A DNA stretch of 64,000 nt, from the NCBI GenBank assembly GCA_001662655.1, contig KV460214.1; one strand, 5' to 3'. The stretch comes from Pseudogymnoascus verrucosus. Lineage: Eukaryota. Below the pieces are notes generated by a model. It was not told where the DNA came from. It saw only the letters and a program-made list of their open reading frames with translations, and ran no database searches. The position numbers and the translations under genes were made by a program. Of the stretch, positions 22,550 through 35,179 are shown one piece after another (positions within the stretch are counted from its first letter, which is position 1; every line of letters starts with the position of its first letter).

Positions 22550-23339
22550 GGTGTCTTGTGTTGCGGAAATGTACTCGAGAACAGCCTTGTCGTGACCTTT
22601 GCACTGCGATATGGGGTTCAACTTTTTTTTGTGCCAGGGCGGTGAAGCAAGCTTGGTTGGCGGGCTTCCCCACACGACCATAGACCCTCCGATCACACAC
22701 AAATGCAGTTTACTGACGAGAAGGAATTGAACGAGAAATGCAACTTTACGGAGTTATGAAATGCTCATTCAGACATAGATTCAGCTATATATTTGCGACT
22801 GATTTAATTGAAGGGCCAGAAATTATATTTTCGCTGTTATGTTCGCTGCTATTTTCGCTGTGTTTATGATCATTCCATGACCGAATCATGACGTGTCGCC
22901 CAACAGCGCCGCATTTACAGCTGAAGCAATTCGAATACAATTATGTCACTTGCAATTGGATTCAGATTTTGAAGTAGAACTTCTTATTTCATTGGTTTTG
23001 TAGCATGTTTGAAGTTTAATGGGTTCCAGCATCGTAATCGGCAGCCTTGTCACCACAACTCAAGTATGTTTATAAACATCGGCTTGTACTCGACAATGAG
23101 TTTGACCAGATCCATTCTTCCACCGGTCCTTCCACCACATGCTGATAGTACGCGTCATCAATCTGTCTTGTCCTAGAACACCCTGCCCCCAATTGCACAA
23201 ATTGCCCAAACGGTTGTTGCTGGAATGCTGGAATAGGATTTCGATGTCGATGCGGGAGATGGCGAAACTTTCAGATCATCTTGTCATCGTGGGCGAACTC
23301 GCTGGTAGCTGAGTCTGAGATCGAGTAGGAGCGAATTGT

Positions 23340-23520
23340 TTACTTGCTGCAGAGGTTGTTAGAAGCTTGTCCAGAGCTATAATCAGTGGGAAACTCACGA
23401 TCTGGCACGAGTCTTGCGGCGCTTACGCTTCAAGCGCCGAGTGCGCTTCTTTCTCCACTTAGCTCTCACTATAGGCTGTTAGCATTGTAAATGAAGCAAT
23501 TGGAAGTTGTATAACATACT
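23340..23520 (-). CDS. RPL41: Ribosomal protein eL41 (25 aa), three exons; absent from the ORF track
   Basis: Coding exons 23520 (A of ATG), 23468-23399 and 23346-23340; introns GTATGT..GCTAAC..TAG and GTGAGT..CTAAC..CAG. Spliced product MRAKWRKKRTRRLKRKRRKTRARSK*. Confidence 0.97.
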
Positions 23521-23651
23521 CTTGTTAGACTTGTGCTGGTGAAGTTGATGGTGAAGGAGGGAAGATGTTGTGGTGAGAAGCGAGGGTTGATAATTGAGTG
23601 TCTCGCTAGCGCCGAATTGACAAGCGATAGGTCTTGCCCTACGGTGGTTGC

Positions 23652-23660
23652 GTCACGTGA
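23652..23660. promoter_or_regulatory. Cbf1-type E-box (GTCACGTGA) upstream of RPL41
   Basis: Exact RTCACGTG match ~130 bp upstream of the ATG; the same element occurs upstream of CBF5. Confidence 0.4.
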
Positions 23661-24692
23661 TATACGATGTCATAATGGGCTGTTCCAGCTGTCAGACTCG
23701 ACAGCATCTGTACGAGAAGTAGCGGACAATGGCCACTGTATCTACATGTAGGGATTGATAGTAACTGTAGGCTCTAATTGTCATATCATAATACTTTTTT
23801 ACATAAACTCATTTACAGTTCCAGAGTTTGAATATGCCATTTACCGATCACGTGGTAAAAATATGTCATGACGATGTCATACATCCGTAAAGCTCGTTAT
23901 AGCGTCTATACGGGGAGTGGGAGTTAACAGTAACTGTGCGTATAGATGGGGCCTTCGGTCACTATGCCTACAAATGAAGCTTTCCGTCACTAATACTATG
24001 ATTTAACATATTCCATTCCTTCCTTTATATAAGCTACTAGAGTGATTATCATAAGGCACGTGACATACAATAACTAATACACTCTAATAGACTCTAATAC
24101 TTTCACAGTGTCTCTACTCGTAGCAACCGTTAATAGCAACTATATTTATAGACCAGACTTTCAGTAACTGTGTATTTAGATTAGACTTACAGTAACCGCA
24201 CATTAACATTGTAATAATATGATATTTTTCCATCGTACGAGCTCATATAGACATTTTAGCAGTTAGAGTGCTGATGTATGTGGTTGTGGTAAAGCCGCTT
24301 GTCCCCACTTTATTTTAGCTTTCCGTAGCGTCGTTCGTCTCGAGCTTTGACATTCGTAGCGTCTCCATGGTTCCCGACAACCATGGAAAGTGGCAGCTTG
24401 CTACCAAGATCAGCCATTCATATGAGCCATCCTCAGTTTGTACCAATAAGGGAGTATTAAATTGTTTCTCTATCTATCGTACGTGTTATAGGTCATCGTC
24501 CCTTTCCATTTCTGTCCTTTCCTTCTCATTCTCGTAATCCCCCCAGCCGTACCACCCACTAAACCACCAATACACACAACACTGGTCCTGTTGGTCCCTT
24601 TTCCACCTTTCTGCCATTTCCATATATGGCCTGAAACCCCTCGTTTCCATTCCATCAGCCCATCCTCAGTTTCATTACTTACGTCCAGCACA

Positions 24693-27016
24693 ATGGCTGC
24701 CACCCTCGTGTTCCGCACGAAAAAGGACGATGGTAGCCCTGACCAGAGTAGGCGTTCTACTCCACTTGACATATTCTCTATCTGATATCTCTAGCAATCA
24801 ATATACAGTTACATCCTGGCAAAGAGTTCACCGTGAATCGCACACCTGATGACCAGTCACCTTCCCATACTCTCGGCACTTTCGTGAACGAGCGCAACTG
24901 CTTGAACATCGACTCAGGACTGATCTCGAAGAATCACTTCCGCATTTACGGCATTCAATATGAAGATGCCGGCGGGATAGAGTCGATGTTCTATTGCGAG
25001 GATTCAAAGTCTATAAATGGGACTTACGTGAACAGATATCTCATTGGGAGAAACGGCAAGACGAGCCGGCCCTTCCTCCTCAGCGATGGCGATAAAATAA
25101 ACCTGAAGCCTGACTTCAGTTTCAAATTCAAACAGCCCATCAACAGACGGAGAGAAGAAATGGACCCGATTCAGTTGGAACAGACGGCGGTAGGTTTATA
25201 TAGGGACCTTTTATTCGTTATCTAACTTTATCACAGTCGTTCGCGAAGCGGTATTCCATCAGCGATCGACTTCTTGGAAGTGGTATTTGTGGCAAGGTAT
25301 ACCTGGCGACGGAAGTAGCAACGAGAAGACAGCTTGCATGCAAAGTAGTCAGCCTCCGGGCGGCAACAGTTTTCTTGGAAGATGGCCAGGCACGAGAGGG
25401 GACAATGAGACTAGAAAGTCAAAGGCTCAAACGTGAGGTAGAGATTCTCATGAGGGTGAACCACGTATGCGAAATTCCACCTAGTCTATGGCAACGGCTA
25501 ACCATTGTAGCCGAACATTGTATCCATCAGAAAAGCTTCTCGCTCTGCCGATAATTTGTAAGTTTCCAAGATTTGTCGGTGCATCATAAACTGATCATTA
25601 GGTATTTATTCATGGAACTTGCTCCGGGTGGAGATCTTTGCTCGTTCGTATCGGCAAACGGTGGGCATCTATCGGACCTAGATACCCGGGTCATTGTAAG
25701 GCAACTTATCCTCGCTGTACAGTATCTCCATTCGGTTGGGATTGTACACCGTGACATCAAACCCGAGAATATCCTGATGATGAACACGGCAGTTGGGTAT
25801 CCTGTTGTCTTAACCGACTTTGGCTGTGCAGCAAACTTGCGCGTGATGAAAAGAATGGGATCTTTGGTCGGAACCTTTGATTATGTTGCACCGTACGTGT
25901 TCCTGCATAAAGCACAACTCAATGCTAACACCAGCCAGGGAAGTCCTTCGTATCGGGAGGTTAGATGGTACATCGTATACCAAGGCTGTAGATATGTGGT
26001 CTCTCGGTATCGTGACATTCTGCTTGTTGACTGGGGAATCGCTTGCTTCATACCTCGAGATGAAACATATCAGCCAGGAGGATATTACGGCGAGGCTTGA
26101 CCGACTTTTCCCGAATCTTGAAAGCATCACCGATCATGCCAAGGACTTCTTGACAAAGCTCCTGATGCTTGACCCCGCCCATCGAATGACCGCCGATGAT
26201 GCGATTGCGCATAGCTGGTTCACCACCCCTTCGGAAATGAGCCGTGAGCTCGAACATCTCTACGAACGATCTATTGAAGGGTGGATACCTCGAAGGGATA
26301 TCTACAGTGCGGTCAAATGCGTCCCTCGCAATGGATTACCGACAGACATGATAAAGACCCCCTCAAGTCAGTCCCAGGCGGACTCCGATGAGTCGCATCA
26401 AGAATCCCAAAGCGAAAGGCGCCGCTCTAGGAAACCGAGCGACTACACAGCGTCAGTGTATTTCAGCCTCGATAAGCACACCCGTAAGCATTCACATAGG
26501 CAACATCGCGGCAGAGAGGCAACACAGAGAAGTAAACAGCAGATCATCAATGCCCTCAATGAATCTGGGGAACTGTTCGTGAAAGATGGAGATGTCTCGT
26601 CATATACATCACCAAATCGCAAGCGTGCGCGCACGTTACTCAAGAGGGTCCGAGACGTGTCGCCTACAGACCTTTTTGGGAAAGCGCCAGCAGCTCGCGC
26701 CGATTCACAGCGGCCTCAGTCTAAGAAACCCAGAAAGCTCAGCCAGTCCTCAAGCGATGCGGTCACTCGACTTGATCATGTGGATGCAAGTCAGAGTCAT
26801 ACACAGCTTGAACAACCCAGCCTCCTTACTGAAGAGGCATTGAGCATAATCTCGTCCGCCTCCGGCTATGGAAGCAGGGGGATGAGGCCTCGCAGATGGT
26901 CCACGGAGACGACCAACAATGGATATTTACCGGACAGCTTTTATGACAGTCTTCCAGATGAGATGGAGGGGTATTTGAAAGGCGACCCTTGTATGATGGA
27001 ATGTTTGAATGTTTGA
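24693..27016 (+). CDS. MEK1: FHA-domain Ser/Thr kinase, Mek1/Chk2-like, multi-exon
   Basis: FHA motifs ISKNHFRIY...YCEDSKSINGTYVN, then kinase motifs LGSGICGKV, QLACKVV, HRDIKPEN, LTDFG, GTFDYVAP|E and VDMWSLG, split by several GT-AG introns. Orthology to Mek1 is inferred from domain architecture. Confidence 0.7.
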
Positions 27017-27858
27017 GAAGACCAAGTCGGAGAGAACGTCGAGAGAAGTAGGTCATTTTGGACTGGGGTGAACTCGTGGATAACTTGGCTGAATGGACTA
27101 AGTTTGCTATTTTGTTGTCGATTAGCTGGGCGTTACATATGAGGCTATTCAAAAGGGGAAAGTGATGGAATGGGAAGATACCTATTGCTGGGCTGTTGGT
27201 TGCAGAATATGATGTTTGCTTCGGAGGGTGTTTTGGAGTGGATATGAATATAGTTGGCTGAGCTGGCTGGATATATTTCCAATGCTATAGCTTTGGAACA
27301 GTAATAATATATAAGATTTTGGACTTGTTTCGTAACTCGCTGGTGACTTTGCATATTCAAATTAGAATATAAATTCATGAAGGAAAGAAGCTATTTTAAT
27401 TCTATGGTAAATTTAATATGACGTTTATATAATATTGGTGTGAGTTTTAGTTTTCAATATCCCCCCTCCGACAAATGAAGAAGCCTAGAACCAAAGAATA
27501 TTTTAATTCATTAGATTAAAACTCAGACTACTCTGTATTGCAATATATAAATTAGAATAAATCCCCATTGGGGCGGTGGAGACTTTTGCCACCAGAGCTC
27601 TATACTGGAGCTTGTAGGGCGGTGGCAGAATTATGCACAGTAGAATCTTGGCGCCGCCAGATCAGGTACTCAACCTCAAGATGCGACTCCAAGAGCTGAA
27701 TCACCAAACAATAGATAACGACTCTCCAACCATCGCCACACACGACGCTATTTCTCCTCCCACAATCGAGGAATGGCACAAGACGACACATCTCCCCTTC
27801 CCGATCGTCTGTGAACGATGAACTCCTTTGAACTGCGGCTCCAGCGACAATAAACACA

Positions 27859-30800
27859 ATGCAGCGCGGCACTTCAAACCGCGGGTCGCGTGGCACGCCT
27901 GCCGGCACGAGGGGTTCATCTTTCAGAGGGCGAGGGAGGGGAGCTGCACGATCATCGGGCTCCTCCAGTAAGTTCCCCCGAAAAGCATTCCCGTTTCATT
28001 GGGGTCCAACACCTGCCCAAAGGATCCCGATCACGCCCAAACAAAGGTCAAAGTTGATCATCCTGCGGAACTTCCACGCAAACTTCCATTCACTTGTTAC
28101 ACGCCAAATGCACATATAAACCGATGCAAATACTCAAACCTACCTGCAGATTCTACCCCCGAGCCGACCACCGAGAATTCATTCGAGGCCGAACGGAATG
28201 CGAATGCCGCCAAACGATCGCAGCGCGGACAACCAAGAGGTGGCAGCGCAAGCCTCCGAGGCGCCCCAGAAGCAAGAGGAGCTTTCAAAAACAAAACTGT
28301 GCGATTCTCCAGCCCACCGGCACAAGACAAAAACGCACCACAACCACAGAAGTCATTCACCATCTCAAAGAAACCTGGTTCAGCGCCTCCCAAGAGCAAG
28401 CTATCCCAAACGACAAGCGCATCCGATCCGGACGACCATACTGCGAAAATTGAGAAGACTCTACAACAAAATGGACTTTCGACTTATCCAGACTGGCCAA
28501 CGGAGCGGCCTGGAGATCCCAGTGAGAAGGATGCGATTAAAGGATTCTGGAACACCACCAAGGCATACCGCGCGAAAGTTCGAACCGTGCTGATGAACAA
28601 GGGCCTCATTGACGATCCGGACAAGCCAAAGAAGCTCAGTGAAGCTATCGACTTCAAAGGAACTTGCGATGGGATGTGCCCAAGGTTCGAGCAGATTACT
28701 CGGATTATGGAACACGATGTGAAGAACTTGGAAAAAGAACTGGCGTTCGATGGATCTCTCTGGCCCGCTCCCCAGAAAATGATCAAAGCCTACGGCCGTT
28801 CGTCTGCAGGCCAGGATGCACCTCTCCCAAGCGATATCCGCATGCCCTCTGCGCTGAGGAAAACCTTGGACTACCTGATTCAGGATGTCCTCGGCGACGA
28901 GAATAGGCTTGCGACAGTCCACAACTTCCTTTGGGATCGCACTCGCTCAATACGTCGCGACTTCACATTTCAACAGGCGTCTCTCACTGCAGCGGATTAT
29001 ATCGATGAGGTATACTGTTTGGAGACGATAGCTAGGTTCCATGTCATCGCCTTGCATCAGATGTCCAACCCTTTCAATACTTCGGACGATTTCTCTGAGC
29101 ACCAAGAAATCGAACAGCTTGGCAGGACCCTGCTCTCTTTGATACACACCTACGAAGACTGCAAATCCCAGAATATCCAGTGTGACAACGAGGCTGAATT
29201 TCGGGCGTACTTCGTGATCTATCATGCCCGCAACCCTGCCATGATGGAAGCTGTCCAAGACTGGGGCAAGGATTTTTGGGACAGCGATGAGATCCAGACT
29301 GCTACAGCGCTTGTGGAATGCCTGCACAACATCTGGGAAATCAATGGCCCCTTAAAGCCACAGTCCGCCAGCGAAATCGCCTTGAATATGTATAGCCGAT
29401 TTTTCAAAATTATCCGCCAACCTGAAGTCTCCTACACAACAGCTTGTTTTGCAGAGATCCATTTCAACAGTGTTAGAAAGACGGCACTGATGACGATACT
29501 CTCGGCATATCGCAAACAGAGAGAGCAAACAACGGACTGGACGCTTCCTACGCTGAACACCTATCTCCACTTCGACACGCTCGACGACGCGGAAGCATTT
29601 ATCGAAGGCCACGGGCTTTATATCAAGGAGGGACCAGAGGAACCTTATCTCGATTTCAATTCTGGGAGCTCGTTAACGGAGCCGGAAACGAAGATCAAGC
29701 AGCCTCACTCGAAAACATTGGTGGAAACGAAGCGTGGCCAGAAAACATTGCCGGCGTGCATATACCACAACGCCTTCGCGGATGCCGAGATTCCAGTGGT
29801 GGATGACAGTAACTCCCTGTTTGTCTCCGGGTTTGATGATGGATCCAATGTATTTGCCAAAGCGCCTGCACAAAATCAAAATATCTGGGGGTCTCCTGCA
29901 GTTCAGGACTTTGGAAAGGGACCGACCCAACAGCAGAATATCTGGGGTGCTCCAGCCCAAGTGGCTGCAAAGGCTCCTATATTTGGTGCGCCGACTCCAG
30001 CCGCGCCGCTGAAAAAACTCGGAGGCTTCATTGATAGCGATGATGAGTCGACAACCAGAGTACCGACCACAACCCCGTCTATTTTCGCGCCTACGTCAAA
30101 CACACCTGCCGCAGCGCCGTCTTTTAGCTGGGGTGCACCCGCAGCGCCAGCCGCGGTGTCGTTCTTCCCCCCTTCTCAAACAACCAACGCGCCAGCTGCA
30201 ACTTTCCTCGCGCCACCCAGCAATATTGGGGCTGCCCCTTCTATATTCTCAAAGCAGCCGGGCACCGAAGCACCTAGCCCTTTCTCTTTCGCGCCGACTG
30301 CGGCCCAAAGCCAGCCAGCAGCCCTTCAACCCGTCACTCAACCACCCACTACATCCTTCTTTCCGGGAATACAACAGACGAAACCAACTGCAGCAGGTGG
30401 CACCCCGTCCGCTTCGTCAATATTCGCACCAGCGGCATCACCAGGAGCAAAACCGCCCGCTGCAACAACTCAAGCCCCGGGGTCATTTTCATTCCTTTCA
30501 CAGGGGGGCGCTGCACCCACACAAACCACATCATTATTTGCACCGAAGACGGGGGAAGCACAACCTCCTGCCCCTGTACCGACCGCTCCTTCTTCGTTCT
30601 TCCCCTCTGCCACTCAGGTTCCTGAAACATCGTCGCCTTTCATGCAGCCTGCTTCAAATATCGAAACAAACATACCAGCGATCAAAGAAAGTCTGGGAGC
30701 AGCAAAACCACTGTTCACCCCTTCTATTTCCACAGGCCAGGCTCCCGCGACAGCGACGGAACCTACCACAACTGCGGCACCTCCACTACAACCTCCGTCA

Positions 30801-32519
30801 AATTTCTTCCCTACTGCTGGAAGCGGAGCTACACAAGCTGTAAATATTCCACCAGCGCCACCAGTAACACAACATCAACCTGCCCTGCCTCCATTTGGCG
30901 CTATTGGCAACGTTCCCCCTCCACAAGCAGGAGCTCCGGAGAAACCTCCTGGGGAGCAAGTTCGATACAATTGGCTTGCGCCGCCATCGACAAAGCGTGC
31001 CAAACCAGCGGTATCAAGCACGGAGAAGAAGGCTGCCGATATGCAGCAAAGCCTACCAATGGCAACTGCGGCGAAGAAAGTTGACTCTTCGCCAACTAGC
31101 AAGACAGTCGTATCCAACCTGACGCCTTATTTGGCGGATCTGGCCTTATTTGGTGATGGCGGTATTATTGATCAGTTCACAGCTGCCGAAGTTGACAAGG
31201 CGTGTCGGGCCGCATACGACGAATACTATGAAGAGCTTGAATCTGCTGCAGCCGAGGTCGTTGAAGAAGAGAAGAAAGCCCGGCTTGAGGCTGACGACTT
31301 TAGGCAGTACTCGCTCGGGGTAAAATACTTCTATCGCTGGCGTGCAAATGCGCAAAAACTCTGGCAGCGTAGACGTGGCAGACAGGCACGCGAACAGCGG
31401 AAACTAATGGCTGAGCGAGACCAAGCTTTAGCGCAAGAGGCAAATGAGAATATAGTGGGGGACTTCAATAGGATTCTGGCGAGTTCAAGAAATAACAAGC
31501 GGAAGACCCAGGAGGATTTGCTGGCATCTACGGGCGTGCTAAGTGGCATTCGAAACTCCGCCGCAAAGATTAGGAAGGTCGTCCACGGAGATATGGCGCC
31601 ACCGCCGCATCAAAGATCAACAACGCCAACAGGAAGCCCGCGAACTGAAAGCCGCTTCGGCAGGTCGACGTCATCTCTCGGCCATTCAACTTCATCGTTA
31701 CAATCACTCATTGATCCAGACCATAGGGCTCGCAGCACCACCGTTAGAGACCCCAGCCTCAGGTCTTCTCACAAACGAACCCAATCAGAATCTGTGGGCC
31801 AGAAAGCACCTCTCAACATGTCTGTTGGAGGCTCACGCATTCATCTAATGCCATCCGGTTGGAATCCAAAAGACGACAAAGGCCCGAAACCCAACAACGT
31901 CCAAACGGATTATTTCCGTCTCAAAGCCCGCGGAATCCACACGATGCCAAATGGGTCACCACTTGCAAGCTCTGCAGCGCTGCTCATGAGGCCTAGCCTG
32001 ATCAATAGTGTGAGGCAGTCAATGTCGACAAGTGCTGCGAGCAGCGTCAGCAGCGGTTTAGCCACGCCGGACAGGCAGCTAAAACGTTCCATCTCTAAAC
32101 TTTCACTCTCTGCACCGGCGAAGCGCTTTAGGACAGATCCGCAGCCGAAGCCGAGCCCCAGCAACAAGCAAGAGGCGGATGATATCAAGGCAAATGCAAG
32201 GAGGATTATGAACGAGGACGCCTCGAAGAGGCGGAAGGAGGAAGACAGACGGAGGAGCTTGGAGAAGGAGAAGACAAGGGATGAGGAGATGGAAGAGCTC
32301 TTCAGACGGAGTAGGAAGTTGAAAGACGACATGGCACAGGGCGAAGAATGGTTTAAGAAGTATAATGAGAGTTGGAGCAGAAGCGCGTCTCGGAATTTAG
32401 AGTCTGCGGCTACATCACGCGAGAACACTAGACCGACTCCTACTTCTGCGCCTCAACGTACAGGGCCTCCTAACAATAGAGGTCCTGTTCGCGAGCCGGA
32501 GGTGATTGAACTGGACTAA
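27859..32519 (+). CDS. SAC3: SAC3/GANP-family mRNA export (TREX-2) scaffold
   Basis: Start 27859, intron 27968-28149. GTCDGMCP, PLPSDIR, HNFLWDRTRSIRRDFT and NEAEFRAY motifs, followed by an FG-like low-complexity region. Confidence 0.92.
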
Positions 32520-32891
32520 GAATTAGGAGGAGGGTAGGCGTTGAGGATATAGTTGGTGGATGCATATGAATGGCGTTTATTTGATTGAGATACAACTCTT
32601 GTAACAAAGCAAGCAAGCATTTGATGGCGTTCGAATCGACCTATCTCAGATAGTCCGGGGGATTTTTTTATACTACTATAGAACCAAGGAGGCCTTGGAG
32701 GGGCGCGTATATAGCAGGGATTGCAAGTGGCAAATATAAGTTGAACAACTACGTTTGATAATTGATATTGCAGAATAACTCGGTGATAATAATTATGCTA
32801 CGGGTTTTCTTTATTTCTGTGACTTGTATACAGCACTCTATCGCCGGACTCAGATGGGTACAGAGGCGTAAATTTTGAAGTTTTAAACTTG

Positions 32892-32937
32892 GTCACGTGT
32901 GCGGGCGCTAGCTCCAACCCACAAATGAAAAAAGTTT
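32892..32937 (+). promoter_or_regulatory. E-box (GTCACGTG) and RRPE-like element (TGAAAAAAGTTT) upstream of CBF5
   Basis: Motifs lie 120-165 bp upstream of the CBF5 ATG; a similar AAAAAAAAGTT lies upstream of RPA49 (22620-22630, minus strand). Confidence 0.35.
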
Positions 32938-33057
32938 AGCCCGATGCTTGGTAGCTCCAGAATTTCGAGAATTTGATTTCTGCGAAACACCTGTTGCGAC
33001 AACACCAAACCAAACGACAAGGCAATTACCTCGAACCTCCACGGTAACTGTCTTACA

Positions 33058-34658
33058 ATGGCCATGACTGTGGCAAAGAAAGGAGGGGATGTGGATTATA
33101 GCATCAAGCCGGAGGCTGTCGTTCCTGCAGTGGATACCAGCACTTGGCCGCTGTTGTTGAAGAATTATGATAAGCGTGAGTTTGATCTTGGGTCAATGGA
33201 CCGCAACATACGTGGTTGTGTATGTGAACTGCATGCTGATAGTTGTTTGAACAGTTCTCGTTCGCACTGGACACTTCACCCCAATCCCGAACGGCTGCAC
33301 GCCACTCAAGAGAGATCTCAAGTCATATGTTAGCTCGGGTGTCATCAACCTTGACAAGCCCTCCAACCCATCTTCTCACGAAGTTGTCGCATGGGTGAAG
33401 CGCATGCTCAGGTACGCATATTTTGAAGCCACGGCGTGTTGGTGCTACTAGCGAAAAGATGCTAACAAATTTGCGCAGAGTCGAGAAAACTGGACACAGC
33501 GGAACCCTCGATCCTAAGGTCACCGGATGCTTGATCGTCTGTATCGACCGCGCCACCCGCCTTGTTAAGTCCCAGCAAGGTGCCGGAAAGGAGTACGTTT
33601 GCGTTATCCGTCTCCACGACAAACTGCCAGGTGGCGAGGCTCAATTCGCCCGCGCCCTGGAGACCCTCACCGGTGCCCTCTTCCAGCGCCCTCCTCTCAT
33701 CTCCGCCGTCAAGCGTCAACTCCGTATCCGCACAATCCACGAGTCCAAGCTGTACGAGTTCGACAATGAGCGCCACCTCGGTGTCTTCTGGGTCAGCTGC
33801 GAGGCTGGTACCTACATCCGTACCCTCTGTGTGCACTTGGGTCTGCTTTTGGGCGTTGGTGCTCACATGCAGGAGCTGAGACGTGTGCGCTCCGGTGCCA
33901 TGGACGAGAAGGTTAACATGGTTACTCTTCACGATGTCCTCGACGCCCAGTGGATGTCCGATAACACTCGCGATGAGTCCTACCTCCGCCGCGTCATTGC
34001 GCCGCTCGAGACTCTTCTCACCACCTACAAGCGCATTGTCGTCAAGGACAGCGCTGTCAATGCCGTCTGCTACGGTGCCAAGCTCATGATTCCGGGTCTT
34101 CTCAGATACGAGGCTGGCATTGAGGTCCACGATGAGGTTGTCCTCATGACCACCAAGGGTGAGGCCATCGCCCTTGGCATCGCACAGATGTCTACCGTGG
34201 AGCTCTCCACCTGCGACCACGGTGTCGTGGCCAAGGTCAAGCGTTGCATCATGGAGCGCGACCTTTACCCACGCCGCTGGGGCATGGGCCCAGTTGCTCT
34301 TGAGAAGAAGAAGATGAAGGCCGATGGCAAGCTTGACAAGTACGGTCGCCCCAACGAGGCCACCCCCGCCAAGTGGAACACCGAGTACAAGGACTTCAAC
34401 GCCCCGCTAGAGGGCGCACCTGTTGCCGCATCGGAGCAAGCCGCCGCACCAGCTGAGGAGGAGCCAACCGTCGACGCTGATGTCAGCATGATGACCGTGG
34501 ATGATGACAACGACAAGAAGAGGAAGAGGCACGAGGGCGAGACTGCGGAGGAGAAGGCCGAGAGGAAGAAGAACAAGAAGGAGAAGAAGGAGAAGAAGGA
34601 AAAGAAAGAGAAGAAGTCCAAGAAGGAGAAGAAGGAGGAGAGCGATGACAGCGAGTAA
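33058..34658 (+). CDS. CBF5: H/ACA snoRNP pseudouridine synthase (dyskerin)
   Basis: [43 protein letters not shown] domain and a KKE-rich tail; introns ~33176-33253 and 33412-33478. Confidence 0.98.
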
Positions 34659-35179
34659 TCATACTCTCGTGTCATCTCTTTCTGATTTCTCTCATCTGCG
34701 GCGAGGGCTCAGCATCATTGTAGTAATGGCGTTATGTTGGGTGTATATTAGGGCAGTGAAAGTTCACTACCTTTCGCGTGGTGCACAAAATATGGAGTTG
34801 TTTTCTAGTTTAGTTCAATAGTACTCTCCGGGGAAGGGAGAGGTGGGATGGATATGAACCAGTTTATCTTACCCAAGCACTCTGACAATTTATTGTGGAA
34901 TGGCTGCATATACGGCATTGTTTGCTTATTGTCGTTCTCATCCTCCCGTTCTACGCGCCGGAAACATGCAACCAACCGTCTAGTCTGGTCGTCCACCCTC
35001 CCCCTCCCTCATCTGAAGCAGTTCATCCTTAGGACCCGAATATATACGACACGTGCCACCGGCGGAGGACTAGTTATCCCGACCAAGGCGTACATGTATA
35101 TATAGGAGTTGTGGCTCGCATAGCAAATTCATGATCACAACAGCTCAAACTCTACCGCCATCGGTATGCTTTTATAGTT

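Noticed and set aside
23750..24300. AT- and TpA-rich stretch as a RIP-degraded transposon
   Set aside because: No terminal repeats or coding remnants recognisable; composition alone is insufficient.
27999..28149. ORF-track N-terminus of the 1506-aa SAC3 ORF, and a possible intronic snoRNA
   Set aside because: This lies inside the intron 27968-28149 and the real start is 27859. No convincing C/D or H/ACA boxes were seen.
33462..34220. 252-aa minus-strand ORF, with similar antisense ORFs over SAC3, cbh1, HsbA, MYND and PET127
   Set aside because: Antisense shadows of codon-biased genes.
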